Source: Candidatus Saccharimonadales bacterium (GTDB lineage Bacteria; Patescibacteriota; Saccharimonadia; Saccharimonadales; EFPC-124). From it: 64,000 nt of DNA. Shown piece after piece: positions 26,617 through 35,823 of this stretch. The notes under the pieces are model-generated. The model did no database searches. It had not been told where the DNA came from and saw nothing but the letters and a program-made list of their open reading frames with translations. The DNA lies in assembly GCA_035280845.1 (NCBI GenBank), contig DATEFB010000002.1, forward strand, positions 125,183 through 189,182. The letters are read 5' to 3'. Position 1 is the stretch's first letter; every line of letters begins with the position of its first letter. The translations under genes were made by a program, and so were the position numbers.

Positions 26617-27402
26617 TTACCGACCCTGGGGCCGGTCTTCCGTGACCTCGGGGTATTCGCCGGAACCACCGTTCCATGCCAGGGACCAGCCCTGGGTTGT
26701 CTCGGCGTCCGCGGCCCACTCCCGCTGAATTGCAGTGAGGTCCGCGTCAGGATCCTCGATGCCACTGGGCCGGGGCGTGTCATCACGGATCACCGGGATG
26801 GCAGGCTGTGTGTCCGTCGTGGGGTGGATCCCCAGGGGGTCACGTGACCGTCGGAGCGCCTGTCTGTCGGGCTGTTCGATGAACGGAGCCGCAGTGGCGA
26901 AGCCGTTGGTGCCTGCCAGTACTGGTTCGCGGCCGTTGTGGGGCGGGCCGTACTGCTCGCGCTGCTGTACCCTGGGAGGGAACTGCGGGGCTGCGGGCAT
27001 CGGCACCGCTCGGAACCCGTTCGCTGGGTGGCCGGGCGGGTACTGCTCGTGTCGCTCCACCTGGGCGGCGGGGACGATCTGGCGACGGTCGCCCGCACGG
27101 TACGAGTGATCACCGGCGGTGATCATCGGCGGATACTGCGCCGCTGCACGGATTGCGTCCAGTGCACCGGTTGTGTGAAGTACCTGCTCAACCGCTTGCT
27201 GGAGCTGCTCCGGTGTGACACCGGTGCCCCGCACGAGCAGCCGTTCCTGTTCTGCCTCATCCTTGGCGTCGCGTGCATTGCATGCGGCACGAACCGCTAC
27301 GCAAATACACGCGATGACCAGGACTGCGATAAGTACCAGCAGTCCCAGCACCGCCAGTTCGAATGCGGACACGAGTCTCCTCACGTTGACGTGCATGCTC
27401 AC
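26617..27402 (-). CDS. hypothetical single-pass, Pro/Gln-rich membrane protein (GC-rich cassette E)
   Basis: 261 aa, GTG start. One N-terminal TM helix (LAVLGLLVLIAVLVIACICVAV), then a low-complexity P/Q/A/R-rich region. GC-rich third positions. Confidence 0.6.
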   Translation of the reverse strand: MSMHVNVRRLVSAFELAVLGLLVLIAVLVIACICVAVRAACNARDAKDEAEQERLLVRGTGVTPEQLQQAVEQVLHTTGALDAIRAAAQYPPMITAGDHSYRAGDRRQIVPAAQVERHEQYPPGHPANGFRAVPMPAAPQFPPRVQQREQYGPPHNGREPVLAGTNGFATAAPFIEQPDRQALRRSRDPLGIHPTTDTQPAIPVIRDDTPRPSGIEDPDADLTAIQREWAADAETTQGWSLAWNGGSGEYPEVTEDRPQGR

Positions 27403-27466
27403 GGCACCCGCCTATGGGGTGTCGCCTGGCGCGCCATCGGGACGCGCTAGCGTAGAGCCAGCATTA

Positions 27467-27495
27467 CTTATATACAACGTGTGTATATTAGTCAA
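27467..27495 (-). promoter_or_regulatory. candidate promoter of cassette E
   Basis: Minus strand: TTGACT, 17 nt, TATAAG, directly downstream of the murB stop. Confidence 0.4.
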
Positions 27496-27504
27496 GTTAA
27501 GGAT

Positions 27505-28530
27505 TTATAGGACGACAGGTTCTTGCTCGAGGGTGATGCCAAACTGTTTTTGCACCGCATCAAGAATCTTTTGCTTAAATGCCAAGGCGTCGGCCGTGGT
27601 TTTGGCATGTTCGTTCACGAGTACAATCGCCTGTGTCGGCCAGGTGGCCATACCAGTCTCTTTGTCGTGCACGCCCTTAAAACCAGCTTCCTGCACCAGC
27701 CACGCCGCGGGAATTTTGTAGACATTTTCACCAACGGGCCAATGCATAACATTGCCGTAGGTCTCTTGGAGTTCATTTAATTTTTCCTGGGTGATCATTG
27801 GGTTGGCAAAGAACGACCCGTTATTCGCGACCTTGGCAGGGTCGGGCAGCTTTGCCGAACGCACCGCAATAACAGCCTGGCGAATGACTTCGGGAGTAAA
27901 GCTGGTTATATTGTGGTCATCGAGGTATTGCTGCAGAGATGGATAGAAGGGTGGTTCTGGATCGCGCTTTTCAAGATGGAACGTGACTGAGGTAATAAAG
28001 AATCGGCCATGATCCTTGGACTTAAACCGGCTGGTGCGGTAGGCCAGTTCGCACTCGGCTTTTGTAAGTGTCACCATGGCTTTTTTTTGCAGGTCATATG
28101 CTGTTACTTGCACAAGCGTGTCCGAGATATCCTGGTAGTACGCGCCCACATTTTGGATTGGTGTTGCGCCGACTGTCCCGGGGATCAGGCTGAGGTTCTC
28201 GATACCTGTGAGCCCCTCGGCAGTTGTGCGGGCAATAACAGCGTCCCAGTTTTCGCCGGCACCTGTTGTAACGTGGAAGCGGTTGTTCCCCTTATCTTCT
28301 ATAGTGAATCCTGGAATCCTGTTCACGAGCACCAAGCCAGGGAAGCCCTCGTCGCGCCACAGCACGTTACTGCCGCCGCCAATCATAATGACAGGGAGGC
28401 TGCGTGACTGCGCCCACTCTATAGCTTCAATCAATTCGCTCTCGCTGCTAACAAGGGTCAGATGGGCTGCATTCCCGCCCAAACGCATGGTGGAATAGTC
28501 TTTCAGTGATACATCAGTTTGAATCTGCAT
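27505..28530 (-). CDS. murB: UDP-N-acetylenolpyruvoylglucosamine reductase
   Basis: FAD-binding N-terminal region (MRLGGNAAHL, IGGGSNVL) and MurB C-terminal motifs (GSFFANP, AAWLV..AGFKG). Confidence 0.9.
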   Translation of the reverse strand: MQIQTDVSLKDYSTMRLGGNAAHLTLVSSESELIEAIEWAQSRSLPVIMIGGGSNVLWRDEGFPGLVLVNRIPGFTIEDKGNNRFHVTTGAGENWDAVIARTTAEGLTGIENLSLIPGTVGATPIQNVGAYYQDISDTLVQVTAYDLQKKAMVTLTKAECELAYRTSRFKSKDHGRFFITSVTFHLEKRDPEPPFYPSLQQYLDDHNITSFTPEVIRQAVIAVRSAKLPDPAKVANNGSFFANPMITQEKLNELQETYGNVMHWPVGENVYKIPAAWLVQEAGFKGVHDKETGMATWPTQAIVLVNEHAKTTADALAFKQKILDAVQKQFGITLEQEPVVL

Positions 28531-28570
28531 GGTAAGATCATTATACTCGTAAGTTGTACACGCTGCACAT

Positions 28571-28646
28571 GCACCCGTAGCTCAGGGGATAGAGCACTGG
28601 TTTCCGGTACCAGGTGTCGCAGGTTCGAATCCTGCCGGGTGTACCA
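28571..28646 (+). tRNA. tRNA-Arg (anticodon CCG), CCA encoded
   Basis: Acceptor GCACCCG/CGGGTGT, anticodon loop TTCCGGT, T-loop TTCGAAT. Confidence 0.9.
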
Positions 28647-28733
28647 GTGTGAAATTACAGACAGAGATTGAGGTTCCGCTAAAGCTCTGCAAATGCAAAA
28701 CCACCATTTAACTTCATCTTTGTAAGTTGGCCA

Positions 28734-29327
28734 CTATACTTCGACTGCACCCGTTCTGACTTTTCCAGCCCGCTTGTAGTTGGCCATAATCACTCCTGTT
28801 GGCGTAATCGTACTCTCTGTTAATGTAAATGCCGCTGGAATTGTACCGTCAGCAAACAGCTTTTTCCCTGTACCTAGCAGCAACGGGTAAACCTTGAGCC
28901 AGAGTTCGTCCACTAGATCATTCTTAAGCAGTGATTGGACAAGATTACCACTTCCCCAAACTTGAATATCAGAACCTTCTGAATTCTTGAGCTTCTCGAT
29001 GTCTGCCACACTCCTCAGGAAAATCGTTTTTTCCCAATCTGATTTTTTCAGACCAGTGGACATGACGTATTTGGTGCCCTCATTAATGCCTGGCCAATAG
29101 TCGGCATGGTCAGGCCAATAATTGGCAAAAATTTCAAATGTTCTTTCGCCCAAAAGATAATCTGCGGGTTCCATCTGTTTTTCCATGGCCTTATTAGTGA
29201 CTTCGTCAAGATACGGGGCAATCCAGCCGCCATATTTAAAACCGCCAGATGTATCTTCATCGGGCGCACCAGGCGATTGCACGACCCCATCTAATGTAAT
29301 ATCTGATATGACGATTATTTTCCTCAT
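28734..29327 (-). CDS. RibD C-terminal-domain / dihydrofolate-reductase-like family protein
   Basis: MRKIIVISDITLDGVV ... GGW ... VWGSGNLVQSLL ... DELWLKVYPLLLGTGKKLF. The ATG at 29327 follows GAGGTAGGA. The gene is visibly more AT-rich than its neighbours. Confidence 0.75.
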   Translation of the reverse strand: MRKIIVISDITLDGVVQSPGAPDEDTSGGFKYGGWIAPYLDEVTNKAMEKQMEPADYLLGERTFEIFANYWPDHADYWPGINEGTKYVMSTGLKKSDWEKTIFLRSVADIEKLKNSEGSDIQVWGSGNLVQSLLKNDLVDELWLKVYPLLLGTGKKLFADGTIPAAFTLTESTITPTGVIMANYKRAGKVRTGAVEV

Positions 29328-29456
29328 AGTCCTACCTCGCACTCCTTCTGGCTTAATAGGCTTATTATAATTGCTGTCCATAACATTTCCTGGGGAGAAG
29401 GTGTATTTGGATGTCTTGTCGCATCACAAACGACTTTGCTATGTTTTAGGGTGAGG

Positions 29457-29500
29457 CCGAGGCTGTCTCACCCGCTGTTGAAGCGAGTGAGACAGCTCGG
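29457..29500 (-). terminator. GC-rich stem-loop after cassette F
   Basis: CCGAGGCTGTCTCAC / GTGAGACAGCTCGG, a 14-bp stem with one extra G, about 30 nt beyond the stop. Confidence 0.45.
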
Positions 29501-29530
29501 TTGGGTCAGTCTAACTTGTAGCTGTTGAAC

Positions 29531-30091
29531 CTACGGAGCGTACGTGAGTTGCGCCTCCACCGTTGAACCATCGACGCGGAAGTTGAGGCCTTCGGCGTGG
29601 TTGCGCACCTGCACCTGTACGGTCCAGCTGCACGACGCCGTGCCCTGCGGGCAGACCAGCGTGTGCGAACGGGTGAAGCTGTTGCTCTCCCATGCGCCAA
29701 TGTCCGGGCTTGACTGCGCCCAGGCGAACGAGCCGTCGGACTCCAGCTCACGCGGGAACATCTCGACAGCACCCACGAGGACTCGGCCGAGACACCACTG
29801 CGTCTGGTCTTCCGCAGGGCCGGTGCAGGTCAGCTCGGCGTCCGTTCGGACGACTAGGCCGCCGCGCATCCCAGCCGGTACAGTGACAGTCAGCGCCCCG
29901 CAGTCCAAGTTGGTCCACGCCGTACTGGCGTAGTTCCTGGGTGAGCTGGACGTGATCGTCTTTGTCTGCAGAGACGCGTTGGTGATGTTCACCGGCCACT
30001 CGCAGGTTGCGGCCGCTGCTGCGGATGTGGCACCGAGAAGAATGGCGAAAAGAACCGCCACCATTGGGACATACCGTTTCTTGCCTTGCAC
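29531..30091 (-). CDS. hypothetical secreted Cys-containing beta-rich protein (GC-rich cassette F)
   Basis: GTG at 30091, 6 nt after TAGGAGG (the ORF track extends to 30118). Signal-peptide-like KKRYVPMVAVLFAILLGATSAAAAA. Six Cys in the mature part. GC-rich third positions. Confidence 0.6.
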   Translation of the reverse strand: MQGKKRYVPMVAVLFAILLGATSAAAAATCEWPVNITNASLQTKTITSSSPRNYASTAWTNLDCGALTVTVPAGMRGGLVVRTDAELTCTGPAEDQTQWCLGRVLVGAVEMFPRELESDGSFAWAQSSPDIGAWESNSFTRSHTLVCPQGTASCSWTVQVQVRNHAEGLNFRVDGSTVEAQLTYAP

Positions 30092-30242
30092 GTGCTGCCT
30101 CCTAGGGAGGGCCACCATACAGCCGATTGACTGCAGGAAGGCAATGTCCCAGGCAGAACATCACTTTCCTGCAGCAATCGTCAACGAAAATCGTGTTGGG
30201 GTTAATTGTTTTTTAATACTTCTTGAAGTTATAAAAAGTAGC

Positions 30243-30914
30243 TTAGTTTTTGATGAGGCGCAGGACCTCATCCGTCGGCCGGACATCGCCGTATACTCGG
30301 AAGAACGTCGCCAGCGCTGCCTCGTGCAGCCCGTGCGCATGCCCTTGCATAGCATCTGACACCATAATGACTTTATAGCCAAGCTCGGCGGCGTCGCGGG
30401 CGGACGCTTCGCAGCAAACGTTTGTCACAGTGCCCGTTATGAGCAGTGTGGTAATGCCTAGCTTCTGTAACTGTTCGTGCAGGTCGCAGTTCCCCGGAAA
30501 AAACGCGCTACTTTGTTTTTTAGTGGCGTACACATCGCCCGGTTTTGCGTCGAGCTCGTGCCAAATAGCGTGGCTTTCGCCGCCCGGCTTGCCCTCATCC
30601 TCGTACATTGCAGCGGTTGTCTCGCCAAAGATCGCCTTAAAATTATCGCTCGCTTTTTGGATTGGCGTCGTAACCCACGCCACAACGCCTTCATACGCCC
30701 GGAGCGCCGCTGCAAGATCGTTGATCGGCTGAATAATGTTTAGTATCTCGGTATCGCTCCCCATGCGCCTGGTGGTCGCTGAGTCAAGATCAACAACGAC
30801 GAGCGCCGTTTTTGTTGGATTGACTTGCTCGTAAGCGTGCAGCCTGCCTCGCCGGGCAACTACCTTATCGACGATTTCCTGCTTAATACCACTGGGGTGC
30901 CTTAAACTACCCAT
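30243..30914 (-). CDS. isochorismatase-family cysteine hydrolase
   Basis: ALVVVDLD ... K ... LITGTVTNVCCEASARDA, the catalytic D/K/C triad pattern. Confidence 0.85.
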   Translation of the reverse strand: MGSLRHPSGIKQEIVDKVVARRGRLHAYEQVNPTKTALVVVDLDSATTRRMGSDTEILNIIQPINDLAAALRAYEGVVAWVTTPIQKASDNFKAIFGETTAAMYEDEGKPGGESHAIWHELDAKPGDVYATKKQSSAFFPGNCDLHEQLQKLGITTLLITGTVTNVCCEASARDAAELGYKVIMVSDAMQGHAHGLHEAALATFFRVYGDVRPTDEVLRLIKN

Positions 30915-31019
30915 AATACCTCCGCTTTTGATTGTTTTTGTTTTAGCCTCTCACAGCTACATCCAGCATAGCACCCGGTGCGCGCGCCGCAACTGGATTT
31001 TTGTTGTACTATAAGCGTA

Positions 31020-31409
31020 ATGGATAGCACAATAGATATCATTCCAATTGATGAGAGCCACATTGCGCAGGTTGCCTCGTGGTTCGAGGCTGTGCCCTTT
31101 GCCGGCCTCCACGATAGTGCTGGTTGGGTGGCTGTACAACACAACGAACCTATTGCCGTGGCGACGCTTAGTTACGATGCTGACCACGTGGCAGTCCTGA
31201 ATTTTGTCGTGCACCCTTCTGAGCGACGGCATGGTGTTGGTGAGCAGCTGGTGCGGGCAGTGCTAGCCCAGCCCGACGTGCGGTCGGTAAGCCGGTTGCA
31301 TGCATATGTCGAGCTCGACAATATTCCTGCCCAGAAGATTTTAGACCACGCCGGTTTTATCCATATTGGCAACTCGCCAGACGGCCGGCTGGTCTACGAG
31401 AAGCATTAG
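31020..31409 (+). CDS. GNAT-family N-acetyltransferase
   Basis: Acetyl-CoA motif VHPSERRHGVGEQLV. The internal ATG at 31020 is preferred. Confidence 0.7.
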   Translation: MDSTIDIIPIDESHIAQVASWFEAVPFAGLHDSAGWVAVQHNEPIAVATLSYDADHVAVLNFVVHPSERRHGVGEQLVRAVLAQPDVRSVSRLHAYVELDNIPAQKILDHAGFIHIGNSPDGRLVYEKH

Positions 31410-31596
31410 CCATAAAAAATAACCGGCCCTGGTGGACCGGCTATTTTAGGCTTGGGATTGTCGCTAATGTCTTGAGCTTGGGGGTTAGTTCATTGGTGCT
31501 CATGACAAGCACGTTTTGACCATCCAGTTCCCTCCATATTATTGCCAGTTTAGTATATGCCCGGAAGCTTATATTTTGCTGTAATTATTTTCACAC

Positions 31597-34500
31597 TTAG
31601 CTAATTGGATGGCCCCACCCGGTAAAGCCTTCGCCCGTAAACAATACGTCGGCGAGGTAGCCGTTAGAGCCGAATGATCCGTTTGGATACGCTGGGCTGG
31701 GTGACGGATTGGCGAATTTGCCGTTCAGCGTGCCTGGAATGCTGGCAGGTGCCGTGAGGTCCCCGTTAGTAACGCCACTCGAGGCGAACTGCCCTGCGAT
31801 CGAGACGTAGCGGTCTAATGTCCAGACGGCGGCAACGTATTTTGAGCCCGAAGTGATAGTAACGGGTGTGGTAAATAGTACCTCGTACCAGCCGGATTGG
31901 GTATTGGTGAACGTTGCGCGGGCTAGTTCGGTCCCGGTTGTGTTATTGGTCCAGCTGTATAGCAAACCAATAACCGGTGCGTCTGGTAGGGTGCCCGGGA
32001 AATGCCAGCGAATACCGTGGATTTTGCCGCCCACCACAGCCGTAAACACAGTCCCCAGTGTGTAGGTAGTGCCGTCGCTGCCGTCGTAGACCGTCGGGGC
32101 AAGTGTTTTAAAGATGGTCTGGTATGCAGGGCGGTCGGGTGCCGGGAACCCGTAGGCTGCGGCCGACGCGGTTGCGCCAGGATCAACCAGGGCGGTTGTA
32201 GCGACGTTGGCTGCGGTGCTGACCAGGGTAGTGGGGGCCATCCCCATGTCTTTCAATAAGTTCAGCATAGCCTGTTGGGTGGTGATGTCTACTGCACCGC
32301 TACTGTCGAACTGGCCCCGCCTGAAGCGGCTCAACCCAATAGCGAACCGCCATGATCCGGCGTTAAACACGTAGGCGCCCGAGCTAGCCATGTACATCGT
32401 CAGGCCAAAACGGTACACCCCATGTTCGCCGTAACTGTTGCCGTTGTAGTTTGCGGCAATGCCGCGCAGCGCGAAAGGCTGCTGAGACAAATACACCAGG
32501 TTTGATGGCGTAGAAGGCTCTTCCCATTTCACATAATCCCATTCGCCGCCCACAGTCCGGAAGGGCAGTGTCGTGCCCGGCGAAATGTAGAATAGTCCAG
32601 CGAACGCCTGCGGGTTGCCGAATTGCGCCGTTGCCGAGTATTGGTGCGCGCCCTGGGTGACTGCGCCGTTAGTATCCATTATTGAGGCAGATGCCCAAGG
32701 GCCGCCCCCGGCCGCGTTGCTCGATGTTGTGCGGTGGGTTAATCCCGAGCCTGCGGTCCAGCTGGTTGTCTTTTGCGAGCCGGTGCTGTCGCAGTCACCG
32801 AATACGGCTACGGCCCACCGCGTTGTGCCAGCATTAGAGATCGAGCGGGTGGTGTGGGTTGTTGCGCCGCTAATGTCTTCTAGAATAGAGGTTTCGGTAT
32901 CCTCCCAAACGGCATTGCCGTAGGCGACCATGGTAGCCGACGCGTTGCACGAGCCTTGACCCAGCCAGCTTATGACGTGCGGGCTTGTGCCTGTCGATAC
33001 AGAATAGCCGGTCAGGAGCGCCATGGATTGGTTGCCGCCAATGCTCGTCACACGGACGCGGCGTAATGGCAGCGCGACGTTACTAAGGCCACCTGGGCTC
33101 CCCGTGAATGTAACCGCAACTACCAGAAGGTCGCCAACCTGGGTACCCGATGGCTGGTTGATAGTAATCTGAGTGCCGGGGGTGTTTAGCTCGGCGGTCG
33201 CGGCTCCCCTATAGGTAATAGTGAGTGCACTGCCAGCAGTGGTATTGCGCCAGATCGGTTTCGTACGATAGGTGTTAGGGATTGCTGTTGAGTCTTCGAA
33301 CGTACCGTTCCCAATGAACCATTGCCCGGTCATGCCGCTTTCTGGGCGGCGGAAAGTGTTATTAACGCCCCCTACGACAGCGCGACTATCGCGCCAGGTG
33401 CCAGTGTAACTGACGGGGTCGTATTTGGTTGTGTTGTCGTAGCCTGTTGTGTCGTGCGAATCTTTGTAGCAGATCATATTGCGGCGATCGGTATCGGCCG
33501 GGTCGAACCGCACGCGCCACAGTGATGTGTTGCCGCTTAGGAAAATAAGGTGCGTTCCGGCGTCGCGGGCGTTTTCGTAGGCATCGCGCAGGTTGTCGGT
33601 CCAATATTCGCTGTGGCCGTGAACGACCGCGACTTTATAGCGTGAAGGGATGACCGGGTTTTTGTCCATATCGATCGAACTGTAATAGTCGATGTCGTAG
33701 CCATTTGCTTCGAGGAAGTTCACCAGCGATGAAGGCGAATCCCAATAATACGTGATGTTGTTGGAGTATACGGTAGACATTGGCCGGTCGTAGGACACCG
33801 CAAACGCGCGTGTGTTTATGCCACCCGCAGGTGCCTGGCCGTAAATACTGCGGCCAGTGTAACCGCTAGTGCCAGTGCCAAAGTCGTTGACTGAACCCCA
33901 GAGGTTGTATGCCTGCCAGGTCAGTTCCGTGGTGGGCACCAGGATTTTATCGACGCGGGACGCAGGCACAGTGGCTGGACGGACGACAAAGATGCCTTGC
34001 GCCTTGGCTCCCGAGATGTCTGTGCGGGCCGCGTTATAAAAGTAAATACCCGGAGTCATATCTGCGGGGATCGTCCACGACGCCGTTGTTGACCAGGCGC
34101 AGACTGTTCCACCGAACGAATTGACGGTTGGTGCAGGCTGCACAGCAGGAGACCCCGTAATGGTGATTTTTTTGCGCGCACCAAAGACGGCATGGTTGTA
34201 AAAACCGGCGCGGTACACGACAACCTCGAAAGCTGCATTGAACGAATGAATTTTAAAATTAACAGTAGAGCCAGGAGCGTACGAGGTGTGGTCGGTGTAT
34301 CCCGAAATAACATCGCTAACCCCAGTGCCATACCAGGTGCCTGCAAGGTTGCCGGGCAGGGAGTTTTCGGCAGCGATTGGGTTGGCATAGGGGTTTACGA
34401 AGGTCGGCGTGCCTGGCGAGAGGTCTTCGTACGCCCACACGACAGATTGGTGTTCGGATGATGGGTCAACGCGTGTGGTTTGTGCGTTGAACGTTGCGCC

Positions 34501-35079
34501 CGATGCTTTATCGGCGACACCAATCAACGAGTGGTACTTCGTTCTAGATGTGTCCATATTGTTATATTCACTAACATAAATCTTGCCGAATGGCTCAAAG
34601 CCCCAATGGCCATCGGATGGACCTGGCGCTCCAGGCTGGCCCGAGGTAAACATAGCAAGCACTACGGCTGCTGTTGTGGTAGTAATGGTGCCTGTCATGA
34701 GGCGGCCTTCGCTGTTCACGCTCGTATTGCCGCCAGCAGCGCCTTCGTTGGCACCGGCAATAAAGTTGCCTAGCGCACCGGGTGCGAATTCAAAAATGTA
34801 GCCATCCACGTTCTCAGGGCCATTCAGCGTAATCTGAATTGTTGTTGTGCCGCCGCCAGCATCTACGATATCTTGCCCGCTCACTTCGCGGCTGTTGAGC
34901 GACGACGTGCGCTTTGTAAAGTTGGTCCCGCCGACTCCAAGCTTAGCCGTAATGATCGCGCCACCTCCACCTACGCACACTAGTTTGGCACCTGCGGTGG
35001 TGGCGGGTATGGTCACATTGAACGAAGCCGTGGAAGTCGTGGGGCTTTTCCAGCGAGTGGCGTTAAGTAACTGGGACAT
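31597..35079 (-). CDS. 1160-aa multidomain protein with N,N-dimethylformamidase-beta-like (DUF6605-type) core and C-terminal DUF4082-like domain
   Basis: LVPTTELTWQAYNLWG ... FAVSYDRPM ... HGHSEYWT ... IFLSGNTSLWRVRF. The C-terminus has YTLGTVFTA..GKIHGIRWHFPG ... GWYEVLF..PVTITSGSKYVAAVWT. Starts 3 nt after the upstream stop. Confidence 0.75.
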   Translation of the reverse strand: MSQLLNATRWKSPTTSTASFNVTIPATTAGAKLVCVGGGGAIITAKLGVGGTNFTKRTSSLNSREVSGQDIVDAGGGTTTIQITLNGPENVDGYIFEFAPGALGNFIAGANEGAAGGNTSVNSEGRLMTGTITTTTAAVVLAMFTSGQPGAPGPSDGHWGFEPFGKIYVSEYNNMDTSRTKYHSLIGVADKASGATFNAQTTRVDPSSEHQSVVWAYEDLSPGTPTFVNPYANPIAAENSLPGNLAGTWYGTGVSDVISGYTDHTSYAPGSTVNFKIHSFNAAFEVVVYRAGFYNHAVFGARKKITITGSPAVQPAPTVNSFGGTVCAWSTTASWTIPADMTPGIYFYNAARTDISGAKAQGIFVVRPATVPASRVDKILVPTTELTWQAYNLWGSVNDFGTGTSGYTGRSIYGQAPAGGINTRAFAVSYDRPMSTVYSNNITYYWDSPSSLVNFLEANGYDIDYYSSIDMDKNPVIPSRYKVAVVHGHSEYWTDNLRDAYENARDAGTHLIFLSGNTSLWRVRFDPADTDRRNMICYKDSHDTTGYDNTTKYDPVSYTGTWRDSRAVVGGVNNTFRRPESGMTGQWFIGNGTFEDSTAIPNTYRTKPIWRNTTAGSALTITYRGAATAELNTPGTQITINQPSGTQVGDLLVVAVTFTGSPGGLSNVALPLRRVRVTSIGGNQSMALLTGYSVSTGTSPHVISWLGQGSCNASATMVAYGNAVWEDTETSILEDISGATTHTTRSISNAGTTRWAVAVFGDCDSTGSQKTTSWTAGSGLTHRTTSSNAAGGGPWASASIMDTNGAVTQGAHQYSATAQFGNPQAFAGLFYISPGTTLPFRTVGGEWDYVKWEEPSTPSNLVYLSQQPFALRGIAANYNGNSYGEHGVYRFGLTMYMASSGAYVFNAGSWRFAIGLSRFRRGQFDSSGAVDITTQQAMLNLLKDMGMAPTTLVSTAANVATTALVDPGATASAAAYGFPAPDRPAYQTIFKTLAPTVYDGSDGTTYTLGTVFTAVVGGKIHGIRWHFPGTLPDAPVIGLLYSWTNNTTGTELARATFTNTQSGWYEVLFTTPVTITSGSKYVAAVWTLDRYVSIAGQFASSGVTNGDLTAPASIPGTLNGKFANPSPSPAYPNGSFGSNGYLADVLFTGEGFTGWGHPIS

Positions 35080-35082
35080 GCG

Positions 35083-35706
35083 TTAAATGGTTCTACTTAC
35101 TACTATGGCAACTGTCAGATCTGAGCCGGCTGTACTTGAGCCGATTTGGTCAATATCGACCGTCAGGTAGTCGCCAGCAACCAGAGTAGTCACATCTGGT
35201 GTCGCGCCAGGCCCGCCTGCGTTTGCGCTTGCGGCAATTGTTGGCCTGTTCGCCTGGTTGGTATAGATTGTTGTGCCATTCTTATGTACATCCAGGATCA
35301 GGCTCGCGCCGGTAGGAGCGGTGCCAACCATGAGTCGTGTGCCAACAATTGTGTAGCTGCCATCAATAGGGAATCGCATTGTGCCGGTAGTGACACTGAG
35401 TGCACCTTGTTTGGAATATGCGGGCAACGAAAGCACGGCATTATGCGTATGGCCATCGACATAGGACTTTGTGACCGCGTGCCCTGCAGCAGTCGGCGCA
35501 GGAACAACGGGGGAGGCGCTGAATGTCTTTGTACCGGTGATCGTTTCGACACCACTGTTGTGTACAACCGCCGAATCTTCAGCTTTGGTGGCGATTGTCC
35601 CGGAGGTTTTGAGGCTGCCATCGGTATTGTGCTCGACGCTCAAAAAATCATTAAGGATATCACCCCATGAATTGTTGTCGCCGCCGGGAGTAGGTAGCCG
35701 TGCCAT
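35083..35706 (-). CDS. phage-tail-fibre-like protein
   Basis: N-terminal MARLPTPGGDNNSWGDILNDFL and ETITGTKTFSASPVVPAPTAAGHAVTKSYVD motifs, which I recall from phage tail-fibre proteins. The N-terminus is paralogous to that of ORF 46416-46655. Confidence 0.65.
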   Translation of the reverse strand: MARLPTPGGDNNSWGDILNDFLSVEHNTDGSLKTSGTIATKAEDSAVVHNSGVETITGTKTFSASPVVPAPTAAGHAVTKSYVDGHTHNAVLSLPAYSKQGALSVTTGTMRFPIDGSYTIVGTRLMVGTAPTGASLILDVHKNGTTIYTNQANRPTIAASANAGGPGATPDVTTLVAGDYLTVDIDQIGSSTAGSDLTVAIVVSRTI

Positions 35707-35823
35707 GTGAACTATAGGATTTTCTTTTTATACTTATGCTTTATAATAACTCACTCGTTAAAAAATCTCTACAACAGGCAATATGGATACCCGACTCATA
35801 ACAGATGTTAGAGCGCAAAGGGG

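Noticed and set aside
26735-27450. + strand ORFs (124 aa, 170 aa, 168 aa) over cassette E and the murB 3' end
   Set aside because: These are shadow frames in GC-rich DNA with Cys/Arg/Ser-rich translations and no RBS.
31597-35706. Calling this locus, or 46416-48500, a prophage or mobile element
   Set aside because: Only fibre-like, enzyme-like and receptor-binding-like genes are present. No capsid, portal, terminase, tail tube, integrase or att repeats are visible, and housekeeping genes flank both loci directly. I therefore report them as findings, not as mobile elements.
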